From NCBI GenBank assembly GCA_026391515.1, contig JAPLEC010000457.1, positions 1 through 59,724 of the forward strand: a stretch of 59,724 bases of DNA, in the 5' to 3' direction. This DNA comes from Bacteroidia bacterium. GTDB taxonomy: Bacteria > Bacteroidota > Bacteroidia > Bacteroidales > VadinHA17. Position 1 is the stretch's first letter; each line of letters opens with the position of its first letter. The notes below the pieces were generated by a model. It saw nothing but the letters and a program-made list of their open reading frames with translations, ran no database searches and was not told where the DNA came from. The position numbers and the translations under genes are program-made. Positions 44,351 through 54,178 of the stretch are shown in pieces.

Positions 44351-46195
44351 TTATTTGCCCTCCAGAATTTTAATACATTTTTCTTTTATCTCTTTGATCG
44401 TGAATGGAAGTCCCTGGACTTTATTGACCTGTTCGTAGTTAAATTCCTGGTATTTCATACGCAGGTAATCGGCAAACTGACCAAGATTCAATTCAGCAAC
44501 AACAATTTTCTTGAATTTCCTGAAGACTTCATTTACATTTTTTGGAAAAGGATTTATATAGTTAAAATTAGCAAGGCTGACTTTATATCCTTCGGCCTGT
44601 AATTCACGGACGGCTGTCATCAGATATCCGCGTGAGCCGCCCCAGCCAACTAACAGCAGGTCGCCCGATTCTTCGCCATAAACTGTAAGGTCTGGAATTT
44701 TATCTGCAACTTTGGCTACTTTATCAGCCCTTAACTTTACCATCTGTTCGTGGTTCTCGGGGATGTAAGAAACAGTTCCTTTCAGAGTTTTTTCAAGTCC
44801 TCCTATCCTGTGCTCGAGTCCAGGTGTTCCAGGGATAGCCCATGACCTCACAAGTGTCTCACAATCACGGGCATATGGAAGAAAAGGAATCTTTGTCTTA
44901 TCAGCAAATGGAGGTTTTATTTCAGGCAGATCTTTCATTTTCGGGATTTTCCATGGTTCAGAACCATTGGCCAGATACCCGTCTGTTAGAAGCAGCACCG
45001 GCGTCATATGTTCCAGAGCAATCTTTGCAGCTTCATAAGCAAAGTGGAAACAGTCGGATGGGGTGCTTGCAGCTATTACCACAACAGGACATTCGCCACT
45101 CCTTCCATAAAGCGCCTGCATCAGGTCGGACTGTTCTGTCTTTGTGGGAAGGCCGGTAGAAGGGCCTCCTCTTTGAACATTAACTATAACTATTGGCAGC
45201 TCAGCCATGACTGCAAGTCCGATAGCTTCTGATTTCAGGGCAAGTCCCGGACCTGAAGTAGAGGTTACTGCCAGGTTTCCCGAGAAGCTGGCGCCCAGGG
45301 CGGTACAGATTCCGGCTATTTCATCTTCAGCCTGGAAGCTTTTAACACCCAGATCTTTACGTGCAGCCATCTCTTCAAGAATACCTGTTGCAGGTGTTAT
45401 AGGGTAAGATCCGATAAATAGCTTAAGACCAGCTTTCTCGGCGGCTGCCAATAATCCCCAGGCTGTTGCTATATTGCCACAGATGTTTCTGTAAGTACCC
45501 TTTGCTATCTGTGCCGGTTCAATTTTAATAACAGGGTTTAATGCCTCAATCGTCTCTGCATAATAATAACCTGCTCTTAAAGCAATTTTATTTGCTTCAG
45601 CTATTTCAGGTTTTTTAGCAAATTTCTTATCAAAATACTGTTCGGTATATTTTAGCCTTCTGTCGAAAAGCCAGTAAACCATTCCCAGAGCAAACATATT
45701 TTTTGTTCTCAGAATCGATTTTGGATCAAGACCTATGTCCTTCAGAGCTTCCTTAACCATTGAAGAAATTGGAGCTGCAATAACATTATAATTATCAAGC
45801 TTTTCTTCAACAACAGGATCGCTCTTATATCCTGCTTTCTCAATATTTTTATCCGTAAAATTATCTTTATCAAAAATTATTGTGCCTCCCGGTTTAACCC
45901 ATTTTACATTTGCTTTTACTGCTGCCGGATTCATAGCAACCAGTACATCAGAATAATCGCCGGGGGTATTGATCTCTGAATGTCCCAGATGGACCTGGAA
46001 ACCTGAAACACCGCCTACAGTACCTTGCGGAGCACGGATCTCTGCCGGATAATCAGGGAATGTTGACAGATCGTTACCGAACAATGCAGCAGTATCAGAA
46101 AAAAGTGTTCCTGTAAGCTGCATGCCATCGCCGGAATCGCCTGAAAAACGGATAACTACTTCTTCTCTTTCAATAACCTGTGAATTTTTCGCCAT
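44351..46195 (-). CDS. korA: 2-oxoglutarate/2-oxoacid:ferredoxin oxidoreductase, alpha subunit
   Basis: 614 aa. Fused gamma/alpha-type arrangement, GSYPITPAT and GPGLALK motifs. korB starts 2 nt after its stop. Confidence 0.88.
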   Translation of the reverse strand: MAKNSQVIEREEVVIRFSGDSGDGMQLTGTLFSDTAALFGNDLSTFPDYPAEIRAPQGTVGGVSGFQVHLGHSEINTPGDYSDVLVAMNPAAVKANVKWVKPGGTIIFDKDNFTDKNIEKAGYKSDPVVEEKLDNYNVIAAPISSMVKEALKDIGLDPKSILRTKNMFALGMVYWLFDRRLKYTEQYFDKKFAKKPEIAEANKIALRAGYYYAETIEALNPVIKIEPAQIAKGTYRNICGNIATAWGLLAAAEKAGLKLFIGSYPITPATGILEEMAARKDLGVKSFQAEDEIAGICTALGASFSGNLAVTSTSGPGLALKSEAIGLAVMAELPIVIVNVQRGGPSTGLPTKTEQSDLMQALYGRSGECPVVVIAASTPSDCFHFAYEAAKIALEHMTPVLLLTDGYLANGSEPWKIPKMKDLPEIKPPFADKTKIPFLPYARDCETLVRSWAIPGTPGLEHRIGGLEKTLKGTVSYIPENHEQMVKLRADKVAKVADKIPDLTVYGEESGDLLLVGWGGSRGYLMTAVRELQAEGYKVSLANFNYINPFPKNVNEVFRKFKKIVVAELNLGQFADYLRMKYQEFNYEQVNKVQGLPFTIKEIKEKCIKILEGK

Positions 46196-46254
46196 GATAA
46201 ATCATTAATATTAATGGAAGGCTTGATTACACTTAATCAATAGTTTAGTATATA

Positions 46255-46262
46255 CAAAATTA
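46255..46262 (-). promoter_or_regulatory. -7 box TAATTTTG upstream of korA
   Basis: The plus strand reads caaaatta. It lies 60 nt upstream of the korA ATG. Confidence 0.35.
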
Positions 46263-46329
46263 GTTTTTTAAAGTTCGAAAAAACATATTATTAATGATAA
46301 ATGTGCATGATTTTGGTCATGTTTTGAAT

Positions 46330-46460
46330 AGACCCCCAGCCCCGCCAAGGCGTGGCCTGCCCCCTAAAGGGGGCTTAATCCTGAGGTCGCCTGAAAGTTT
46401 TTAATATACCGTAGAACTAGCTCCCCTTCAGGGGGGATGTCGCGAAGCGACAGGGGGGCA
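46330..46460. repeat. array of four GC-rich hairpins directly downstream of murI
   Basis: CGCC-aa-GGCG (46343..46352). GCCCCC-taaa-GGGGGC (46359..46374). CCCC-ttca-GGGG (46423..46434). TGTCGC-gaa-GCGACA (46438..46452). Confidence 0.75.
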
Positions 46461-47261
46461 TCAGCTCCAGATATCTGCTTTCTCGAGGTTTATCTCTCCT
46501 TCGAAGAACATCTTTGCAATCTTCTCAAAATAAGGAGTATAGTCGGAGACATAAAACTGGTCTATTACCTTGCCGGATGTATTAATCAGATTGTTTTCTT
46601 CGAGTATTTCTCTAAGAGTTATAGCCACTACTTTTGATGAATCTAAAATCTCTATATTAAAGTTGAATATTTTGCTGATCTGGTTTTTAATTATCGGATA
46701 ATGAGTGCAGCCAAGGACTAAAGCTTCTATTCCTGTCAGAGACTGATCAGAAAGATATGCCCGGATTATTGCATTGCTTATATCATCAAAAATAAATCCT
46801 TCCTCGATCATCGGAACCAGTAAAGGGGTGGCCAGCGAGACAATACTAGTTTCAGGTGAAAGTTCTTTCAACTTTATCTCGTAAGTTCCGGAGCTGATTG
46901 TTCTTTTTGTTCCAATAACTCCTACTTTATTGAAATGTCTGGTGTTTAAGTACTTAACTACAGGATCAATTACATCAATAAGTATTGTGCGGGAAGCAAA
47001 TTCTTTTTTCAGAGTTTCAAAAGCTGAAGCTGAAGCGGAATTGCAGGCAACGAGAATAACTTTGGATTTATGTTCCAGCAGGAATTCTGTAATCCTGCGG
47101 GAGTATTGTTTTATCGATTCAGCCGATTTATCTCCATAAGGAAGGTGCGCGGTATCGCCAAAATATATTATACTTTCTCCCGGCAGAATTTGTTTAATTG
47201 CGTGAGCAACAGTAAGGCCTCCGACCCCTGAATCAAAAATTCCTATTGGCTTTTCTTTCAC
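46461..47261 (-). CDS. murI: glutamate racemase
   Basis: 266 aa. IGIFDSGVGGLTV, VACNSASA and LGCTHYP motifs. Confidence 0.93.
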   Translation of the reverse strand: MKEKPIGIFDSGVGGLTVAHAIKQILPGESIIYFGDTAHLPYGDKSAESIKQYSRRITEFLLEHKSKVILVACNSASASAFETLKKEFASRTILIDVIDPVVKYLNTRHFNKVGVIGTKRTISSGTYEIKLKELSPETSIVSLATPLLVPMIEEGFIFDDISNAIIRAYLSDQSLTGIEALVLGCTHYPIIKNQISKIFNFNIEILDSSKVVAITLREILEENNLINTSGKVIDQFYVSDYTPYFEKIAKMFFEGEINLEKADIWS

Positions 47262-47329
47262 TTTACTGAAATATTAAAAAAATGACCATCCGCCAGCTGG
47301 CGGATGGTCATCGGTATAGTGTTTAAAAA

Positions 47330-47842
47330 TTATTTCAGGCCAAGCTTGGCTTTGGCGAGTGGCATTATATTCGTGCTTTTCGTTTCATCGTAATAAAGCA
47401 GCGCACCTTTGGTAAGATCAAAAACATAAAAGAATCCATTCTCTTTGCCAACATCTTTAATAGCTTTATCGACTTTTGTATAGATTGGCTGGAAAAGCTC
47501 TACCTGTTTGTTCTGAAGCTGTTCCTGTGCATTAACCTGGAAATCCTGCATCCTTTTGTTAAGGTCGATCATTTCTTGTTCCTTGGTTTGCTTGACAATG
47601 TCTGTCCAGTTTTTTTGTTCCTTACTATATGCGTCATTCTTGTTATTCAGTTCGACCTGCATCAATTCAAGAGCATTAACCAGTTCTTTACGGAATTTTT
47701 CAAGTTTTGCCGTAGCCGAATCCCATTCCGGCATAGCCTGGATCAGCTCATCGCTATTTATATGTCCGAACTTCATGTTTTGAGATTTACCTGTAAATGT
47801 TGCACATATAACAAGAAGTGTAATTGCTATAAATCTTTTCAT
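47330..47842 (-). CDS. OmpH/Skp-family periplasmic chaperone
   Basis: 170 aa. Signal peptide and coiled-coil arm. Occupies the conserved position downstream of bamA. Confidence 0.8.
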   Translation of the reverse strand: MKRFIAITLLVICATFTGKSQNMKFGHINSDELIQAMPEWDSATAKLEKFRKELVNALELMQVELNNKNDAYSKEQKNWTDIVKQTKEQEMIDLNKRMQDFQVNAQEQLQNKQVELFQPIYTKVDKAIKDVGKENGFFYVFDLTKGALLYYDETKSTNIMPLAKAKLGLK

Positions 47843-47884
47843 TTCAAATTGTTTTATTTATTTATAAAGTGCAAAAGTAATTAT

Positions 47885-48400
47885 TTAATTTTTATAACCT
47901 AATTTTTCAAGTATTTGATCGCTAATGTCATATTTAGGATTTGCAAAAAGGATATTTCCTCCGGAAGCAGTATCAAAAATTACTGCATAGCTGCCTTCAA
48001 CAGCGATATCTTTAATAGCTTTCAGTATTTCATCCTGGATTGGTTTGACGAGTTCTTCTCTTTTCTTGAAAAGTTCTCCTTCCATTCCAAAGTACTTATT
48101 CTGAAGGTCTTTCATTTCTTTTTCCTTAGTAATGATTGCTTCTTCTCTTTTAGTCTTCATATCCTGTGAAAGAAGAGGTGCTTCATTCTGATATGATTTA
48201 TATATCTGTTCAACAACAGCATAGCCATCTGCGACTTCTTTTTCCCATTGTTTAGAAAGCTTATCCAGCTGTTCCTGTGCTGTATTAAATGCCGGAATGT
48301 TTTTCCTGATATATTCAGAATCGACAAATGCATATTTCTGCGCAACAGCCATAGCTGAAGTCAGAATAAATAATCCTATAATAAAAACTGCTTTTTTCAT
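47885..48400 (-). CDS. OmpH/Skp-family periplasmic chaperone
   Basis: The ORF runs to 48421. The ATG at 48400 (MKKAVFIIGLF...) gives a canonical signal peptide. Confidence 0.8.
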   Translation of the reverse strand: MKKAVFIIGLFILTSAMAVAQKYAFVDSEYIRKNIPAFNTAQEQLDKLSKQWEKEVADGYAVVEQIYKSYQNEAPLLSQDMKTKREEAIITKEKEMKDLQNKYFGMEGELFKKREELVKPIQDEILKAIKDIAVEGSYAVIFDTASGGNILFANPKYDISDQILEKLGYKN

Positions 48401-48422
48401 GATTTGTAATTTAATGTTCATT

Positions 48423-50948
48423 TTAAAATTGCTGACCTATAACAAAATGGAATTGTGATTTATTAGCGCTTGGGTAAAGAGAAGGATTTGGAACCTCATC
48501 GAAACCATATCCCCAGTCGATACCAAGTAATCCGAACATCGGAAGGTTAGCCCTCAGTCCGATACCTGCCGAACGGTTCATTTTAAACGGATTAAATTCT
48601 TTAAGTTGATACCATGCTCTCCCTGATTCAAGGAATACAAGTCCATAAACAGTTGCCTGCTGGTTAAGAGAGATAGGATACCTCATCTCAAAAGTAATTT
48701 TTGAATAGAGATTACCTGCCGGAGCTCCGCTCTTAGCGTCTGTAGGAGTGAGAGATCCGTTAGTATAACCCCTCAGGGCAATTACTTCGCGACCATAGAA
48801 GCTATAACCTGTCATTCCATCACCACCCAGATAGAAGTTTTCAAAAGGCGATGGCCCTATATCTCTGTTAAAATAGCCAAGGTATCCGAATGCAAACCGG
48901 GAATTAAGAACAAGTTTGTCATTCTTCGAAAGTGGAAAATAATAATCTGCCTTAAAAAGCCATTTATGGAATTCAATCCATTTGTATTTTACTTCATCTG
49001 TCACATTTGACATATTCCTGCCACTTATAAAAGAGTAAGGAGGAGTTGCCTGGAGTGATAATGTAAATGATGAGCCGCTTCTTGGATAAATGAGATTAGG
49101 ACTTGTAGAAAATCTCTGAAGCCTCACGGTAAGACTCGCGAGATTTGACTGGCCATTCTGAAAAAGGAACTGGTAATAGCTGTAGTTATTAAGGCTGTAT
49201 CTTTGGTAGCTTAGCTCTCCGTAAATTGAGAAAAAGTCATCAGGCCAGTTCAATCTCTTTCCCAGACCCAACGAACCTCCGTCCATAATCATCGATTGAC
49301 GTCCATCTTCACCTTTCTTTTTTCCGTTTGTCATCACAGATCTTGTCAATGAAATGGAAAAGGTATTCGGCTTTTTCCCTCCAAGCCAGGGCTCGACAAA
49401 TGCAATGTTATATGCCTGATATACACGACCATTTGACTGCACTCTTAGGCTCAGTGATTGTCCATCGCCGGAAGGATATGGTCGCCACTCTTTGAGCTTA
49501 AAAAAGTTGCGCATTGCAAAATTGCTGAATATAACACCTATTGATCCAACAAGCATGCCTGCGCCCCACCCTCCTGAGAGTTCGAACTGGTCGTTTGCTT
49601 TTTCTTCGAGCTGATATAAAAGATTAACTGTTCCTGTCGTTGGATCTGAGATTGGTGTAGGATTGATCTTTTCCGGGTCAAAATGGCCGAGCACACCCAA
49701 CTGTCGCATTGATCTTAAAATTTCCTCTTTACTGAAAAGATCACCGGGAAGGGTGTGCAGCTCACGCCGGGCAACATGTTCATTGGTTCGTGTATTACCC
49801 GTGATTATAATATCGTTCAGATAAGCCTGATCGCCTTCATATATTCTGATTTCCAGATCAATAGAGTCTCCTTCAACTTTAGCTTCAACCGGAGTAAGCC
49901 TTGAAAAGAGATAACCATAATCAAGGTACAGGTTGCTTACAGCATCTTCTGCTCCACTTAATCCCTGTAGCCTGTCAAGTATCAGAGACTGGTTATAAAC
50001 AGATCCCCTTTTGACATTAAAAACTTTGGTAAGATCTTCTTTCCTGTAGACACTATTACCAACCCAATCAACATTCCTAAGGAAATACTGATTCCCTTCA
50101 TCAACCTTGATTTTCAAACCGATACGATTATCAGAAATATTATATACTGAATCGAAAACGATTGTAAAATCCTTAAATCCGTTATCATTATAAAATGTAA
50201 TCAGCTTCTCTTTGTCTTCTTCATATTTTTCGCCGATGTATTTTGACGTCTTGAAAATATTCAGGTTCTTCTTCTTAGTGCCCTTCATCTGATGGCGGAG
50301 CTTCGAAGTCTTAAAATATTCATTCCCGATAAATGCCAGCTGGCCGATTTTTACCTTTTTGTTTTTATCAACATTGATATTGAGTATAACATTATTAGGT
50401 TGATCAGGATCATCTTTCTGAACAAAATCGACAGCTGTATTAAGGAATCCTTTTTCAATAAAATGGTCCCTGATAATCTTTTTTGTATTGTTCAGAACAT
50501 AAGAGGTAACCTGCGATCCAACAGGAAGACTTATTTTTTTAATAATGTCATCTGTTTCAGAATTTCTTATTCCATTGATTTTTACGGCAGACAAACGTGG
50601 TCTTTCCTGCAACAAAATATCAAGAGAGACTGTATCTGATTTGATCGATGTTATAGAAATTCTTACATCAGAAAATAAGCCCAGTTGCCATAATTTCTGA
50701 GCTGCAGTGGTAATAACATCTCCCGGAATAGCAATTGTTTGTCCGACTCTTAATCCGGAAATTCCCTGCAGGGCATTTAAATCAAGATATCTTACTCCTG
50801 ATATTGAAACATCTCCAATTACATAATCATCTGCATTTGAAAAATCAAAAATTTCCTGTTTTCCCTGAGCATTTGCCTGAATGCCAGTGATAACAAGCAT
50901 AAGTGCTATAACAATTCTTTTAAATCTTATTATCCTCATCAATTTCAT
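48423..50948 (-). CDS. bamA: outer membrane protein assembly factor BamA
   Basis: 841 aa. Multiple POTRA repeats, a C-terminal Omp85 barrel ending ...FHFVIGQQF, and uppS-bamA-skp synteny. Confidence 0.92.
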   Translation of the reverse strand: MKLMRIIRFKRIVIALMLVITGIQANAQGKQEIFDFSNADDYVIGDVSISGVRYLDLNALQGISGLRVGQTIAIPGDVITTAAQKLWQLGLFSDVRISITSIKSDTVSLDILLQERPRLSAVKINGIRNSETDDIIKKISLPVGSQVTSYVLNNTKKIIRDHFIEKGFLNTAVDFVQKDDPDQPNNVILNINVDKNKKVKIGQLAFIGNEYFKTSKLRHQMKGTKKKNLNIFKTSKYIGEKYEEDKEKLITFYNDNGFKDFTIVFDSVYNISDNRIGLKIKVDEGNQYFLRNVDWVGNSVYRKEDLTKVFNVKRGSVYNQSLILDRLQGLSGAEDAVSNLYLDYGYLFSRLTPVEAKVEGDSIDLEIRIYEGDQAYLNDIIITGNTRTNEHVARRELHTLPGDLFSKEEILRSMRQLGVLGHFDPEKINPTPISDPTTGTVNLLYQLEEKANDQFELSGGWGAGMLVGSIGVIFSNFAMRNFFKLKEWRPYPSGDGQSLSLRVQSNGRVYQAYNIAFVEPWLGGKKPNTFSISLTRSVMTNGKKKGEDGRQSMIMDGGSLGLGKRLNWPDDFFSIYGELSYQRYSLNNYSYYQFLFQNGQSNLASLTVRLQRFSTSPNLIYPRSGSSFTLSLQATPPYSFISGRNMSNVTDEVKYKWIEFHKWLFKADYYFPLSKNDKLVLNSRFAFGYLGYFNRDIGPSPFENFYLGGDGMTGYSFYGREVIALRGYTNGSLTPTDAKSGAPAGNLYSKITFEMRYPISLNQQATVYGLVFLESGRAWYQLKEFNPFKMNRSAGIGLRANLPMFGLLGIDWGYGFDEVPNPSLYPSANKSQFHFVIGQQF

Positions 50949-51694
50949 TATTTTTCTAAAACCTGTTCCCTCGTTTTTCCAAATCTTCTTTCTCTTTTCT
51001 GGAAGTCAATTATAGCATTATAAAAATCCTCCTTACCAAAATCAGGCCAAAGTTTTTCAGTAAAATATAATTCTGCATATGCAAGTTGCCATAAAAGAAA
51101 ATTGCTGATTCTTAACTCACCACTGGTCCTTATCATTAAATCAGGATCCGGGATTCCCTGAGTCTTAAGGTACTTTTCAAATAATTCCTCGTTTACAGAT
51201 TCATATTTCAGTATTCCACGGTTTAAATCCGATGCAATTCTCTTTGCGGCTTCAGTTATTTCCCATCTGGAACTATAGCTGAGAGCTATAACCAGATTTA
51301 ATCCATTTGAACCTGAAGTCACTTCAATTGTTTCAAACAACCTTGCCCTTACGTCATCAGCAAGTCTTCCAAGATCACCTATGGCCGTAAGACTTATATT
51401 ATTCTTTAATAGTGTATCAGTCTCATTATTAAGTGATTGTACCATAATATCCATTAATGCAGAGACTTCATCATCAGGTCTTCCCCAGTTTTCCGTTGAG
51501 AAAGCATAAAGGGTCAGATATTTAATTCCAAGCTCAGCAGCTGCCTCAATAATATTTCTGACAGATTCAACACCCTGCTGGTGCCCGAAAATTCTGTCCT
51601 TTCCATGCTGAATGGCCCATCTGCCATTTCCATCCATAATAATCGCAACATGGAGCGGTAGTTTATCAATATCAATCAACTGTCTTAATGACAT
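50948..51694 (-). CDS. uppS: isoprenyl transferase (undecaprenyl diphosphate synthase)
   Basis: 248 aa. HVAIIMDGNGRWA and RTSGELRISNFLLWQ motifs. Confidence 0.93.
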   Translation of the reverse strand: MSLRQLIDIDKLPLHVAIIMDGNGRWAIQHGKDRIFGHQQGVESVRNIIEAAAELGIKYLTLYAFSTENWGRPDDEVSALMDIMVQSLNNETDTLLKNNISLTAIGDLGRLADDVRARLFETIEVTSGSNGLNLVIALSYSSRWEITEAAKRIASDLNRGILKYESVNEELFEKYLKTQGIPDPDLMIRTSGELRISNFLLWQLAYAELYFTEKLWPDFGKEDFYNAIIDFQKRERRFGKTREQVLEK

Positions 51695-51697
51695 AAT

Positions 51698-52378
51698 CTA
51701 GTGTCTCCTCCTTTTGCTGTCCACATCGTTGTAGGCAGGGCATCCGGCCAATTTGTTGTAGATCTTCCATGTAAGAGCAATGCCGGCAAATGAATACCAG
51801 TCATTATTATGGAGCCACGCAAAATCGGACGGAGCAACAAAATCTTTCAGACCGTCAAAGTTATCATAAAAAGTTTTACGAAAGCCATATTCTGCTTCGA
51901 GTCCCATATTTTTATAAATATTCACTTTAAAACCTACTGAAAACGGGATAACTGGTTCAATAGCAAAGACGGCATAATTAGTAACAACGGCACCAACGCC
52001 GGCTGCAAAATATGGCGAATAATCCCATAATTTTCCTTCGGTAGTATAAGGCAGAAAGTTAAATTCAAACTGAATTGCAAGTTCTCCCACAATTCCTGAA
52101 AATGAGGCAGCCCTTGTTTTCTGGAAATTGTTATTGAAATCAAGATCGTTTGCTCTCAGTCCTCCTGCAAAAATATTTGCTCTCAATGCATGCCTTGGAT
52201 GCAAGTTGTACCTGTAAAAAATACCACCTGCCGGCAGAGGTGAATACATTACCTTGCTGGGATTGATATCACCCATATATGACGAGACACCAAGAAAAAT
52301 CCCGTAATCAGAATTACGTTGTCCGACTGCAGTTAGGGAAAGGCTGACAAAGAAGAAAATCCAAGGTATTCTTTTCAT
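51698..52378 (-). CDS. small outer-membrane beta-barrel protein, DUF6089/PorG-like
   Basis: 226 aa. Signal peptide and alternating beta-strand pattern. Sits immediately upstream of uppS-bamA, as I recall for P. gingivalis PorG. The assignment is from memory. Confidence 0.5.
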   Translation of the reverse strand: MKRIPWIFFFVSLSLTAVGQRNSDYGIFLGVSSYMGDINPSKVMYSPLPAGGIFYRYNLHPRHALRANIFAGGLRANDLDFNNNFQKTRAASFSGIVGELAIQFEFNFLPYTTEGKLWDYSPYFAAGVGAVVTNYAVFAIEPVIPFSVGFKVNIYKNMGLEAEYGFRKTFYDNFDGLKDFVAPSDFAWLHNNDWYSFAGIALTWKIYNKLAGCPAYNDVDSKRRRH

Positions 52379-52399
52379 TAAAAATAATCCCGTTCATTA

Positions 52400-53149
52400 T
52401 CATCTGAATGAGGGCAAACCATGAGGCCCTGTTTTCAGCTTGTAAGTGATAGTAAGATTTAAAAAATAATAAACGTCATTAGCCTTGGAATATTGTGAAG
52501 TATAGCCATCCAGATAATCAGTGAGAGTATATCTTCCACCTACCTCGACTCCAAAATTCAGGTTAGGGGAATAAACGAGAGTCGCTCCCAATCCACCGGG
52601 AAATACAGCGGTGAATCCACCGACCTTGTAATTAGTATCAGCAACAAGGTCATCATTACCATTTACCCAATAAGCTGCACCACCAACACCTCCAAATACA
52701 TAAAAGTCGAGCGATTTAAGAACTTTCTTGATATAACCCTGTTTACCCTTGTAAAACAAATAACTGTTTTCAGCATAATTTTTAATGAAGTAATATTCGC
52801 CGATAAGGGCCGGTTCGAAAATTGATGTTGTTGCTGCCATTTTTCTGCCTTCATTAGATCCTCTTACATCGGTAGCATGAAAAAGAGCATAACTCATACT
52901 GAGCCTTACATTTACACTCCTTGTGATCCTGTATTTCAAATTCCCATTTATATCGAACCTGGTCTGTAGGAAAGTCATATCCCTTAAGCCGAGAATGTTT
53001 TTTGTCTGTGAGTATCCACCGATATCACCAAAGAAAAAGGATGGACCTACACCCAAAGTGGCTTCCCATCTTTTCATTTTCCACAATTGTGCCTGTGAAA
53101 AAGGAACTGAAAGAATGAATACCAATATTATCAGAAATGACCGTTTCAT
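52400..53149 (-). CDS. outer-membrane beta-barrel protein (OmpA-beta-barrel/DUF6089-like)
   Basis: 249 aa. Signal peptide ...SQAQ, Gly/aromatic beta-strand periodicity and a C-terminal aromatic residue. Confidence 0.5.
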   Translation of the reverse strand: MKRSFLIILVFILSVPFSQAQLWKMKRWEATLGVGPSFFFGDIGGYSQTKNILGLRDMTFLQTRFDINGNLKYRITRSVNVRLSMSYALFHATDVRGSNEGRKMAATTSIFEPALIGEYYFIKNYAENSYLFYKGKQGYIKKVLKSLDFYVFGGVGGAAYWVNGNDDLVADTNYKVGGFTAVFPGGLGATLVYSPNLNFGVEVGGRYTLTDYLDGYTSQYSKANDVYYFLNLTITYKLKTGPHGLPSFR

Positions 53150-53174
53150 GATACAATATAAATTATTGCTGATA

Positions 53175-53182
53175 CAAATATA
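53175..53182 (-). promoter_or_regulatory. -7 box TATATTTG upstream of the beta-barrel/uppS/bamA gene string
   Basis: The plus strand reads caaatata, 26 nt upstream of the ATG at 53149. A second match (caaaatta) lies at 53217..53224. Confidence 0.35.
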
Positions 53183-53293
53183 ATAATCTAAAATTTAGAG
53201 CAATTAATAATCTGATACAAAATTAATTAAATATTATCAACCCAAAAATAATCCATATTCGGAACAATGATGATATTCAGATCATTAATAGTT

Positions 53294-54172
53294 TCAGTTT
53301 CTTTTATCTACACCCCACATAAGCCTGTTTCGAAGAGTATTGTAGAAATCCCGTCCCTTAAGCATTATCGTTTTTAATTTTGTCCCGGTTCTTACAATAT
53401 GGATCTCCTCGCTGATTGAGAGTCTTTTAAACCTGAAATCGCATGTTGCCATATATTCGTCGGTCCTGGCTTCCATAACCATCCTGAGTTTACTATCACC
53501 TGAAAGTACAATCGGCCTTATTGTGAGATTATGCGGCGAAATAGGAGATATAATAATACTCTCATCTTCAGGCGATAATATCGGTCCTCCGACACTGAGA
53601 TTATAGGCTGTTGAACCGGTGGCTGTCGAAACGATAAGTCCGTCGGCCCAATATGTATTCAGAAAAACATCATTCACATAAACATGAATCGTTATCATGC
53701 TCAGGTTGGCTTTCTGGATAGTAATTTCATTGAGTGCTATAGCTGATTCTCCACTGAAAAGGTTGACAGGGCGGCATATTTCAAGAAGAGATCTTTCAAT
53801 GATGTCGTACTCGTTCTGGCATAGCTGATCAATGGATTTATTTAATTCCTCACCAGGTATATTTGCCAGAAATCCCATTCTGCCGGTATTTACCCCAGCC
53901 ACAGGGATTCCAAGATCTTTAACTTTCAGAACAGTTTCGAGGAAGGTGCCATCTCCACCAACACTAAATATTATGTCGGGTAAATCCGAAAACTCAGGAA
54001 GATCGCTGATCCACTCAACTGATCCTTCGCCACTGGTTGTTTTTGCACCTGTCGATTTCTTAAAAAGCTGAATCAGAATTCCCCTCTTCCGGAATTCGTT
54101 CACAAGCCTCTGCACACCATCCCTGGTTTTTGTGTTATTATCCTTGCTGTAAATGGCAACTCGTTGCAACAT
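53294..54172 (-). CDS. nadK: NAD kinase
   Basis: 292 aa. GGDGTFL and the NAD kinase C-terminal pattern STATGSTAYNLSVGGPI. Confidence 0.92.
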   Translation of the reverse strand: MLQRVAIYSKDNNTKTRDGVQRLVNEFRKRGILIQLFKKSTGAKTTSGEGSVEWISDLPEFSDLPDIIFSVGGDGTFLETVLKVKDLGIPVAGVNTGRMGFLANIPGEELNKSIDQLCQNEYDIIERSLLEICRPVNLFSGESAIALNEITIQKANLSMITIHVYVNDVFLNTYWADGLIVSTATGSTAYNLSVGGPILSPEDESIIISPISPHNLTIRPIVLSGDSKLRMVMEARTDEYMATCDFRFKRLSISEEIHIVRTGTKLKTIMLKGRDFYNTLRNRLMWGVDKRN

Positions 54173-54178
54173 AAGTTG

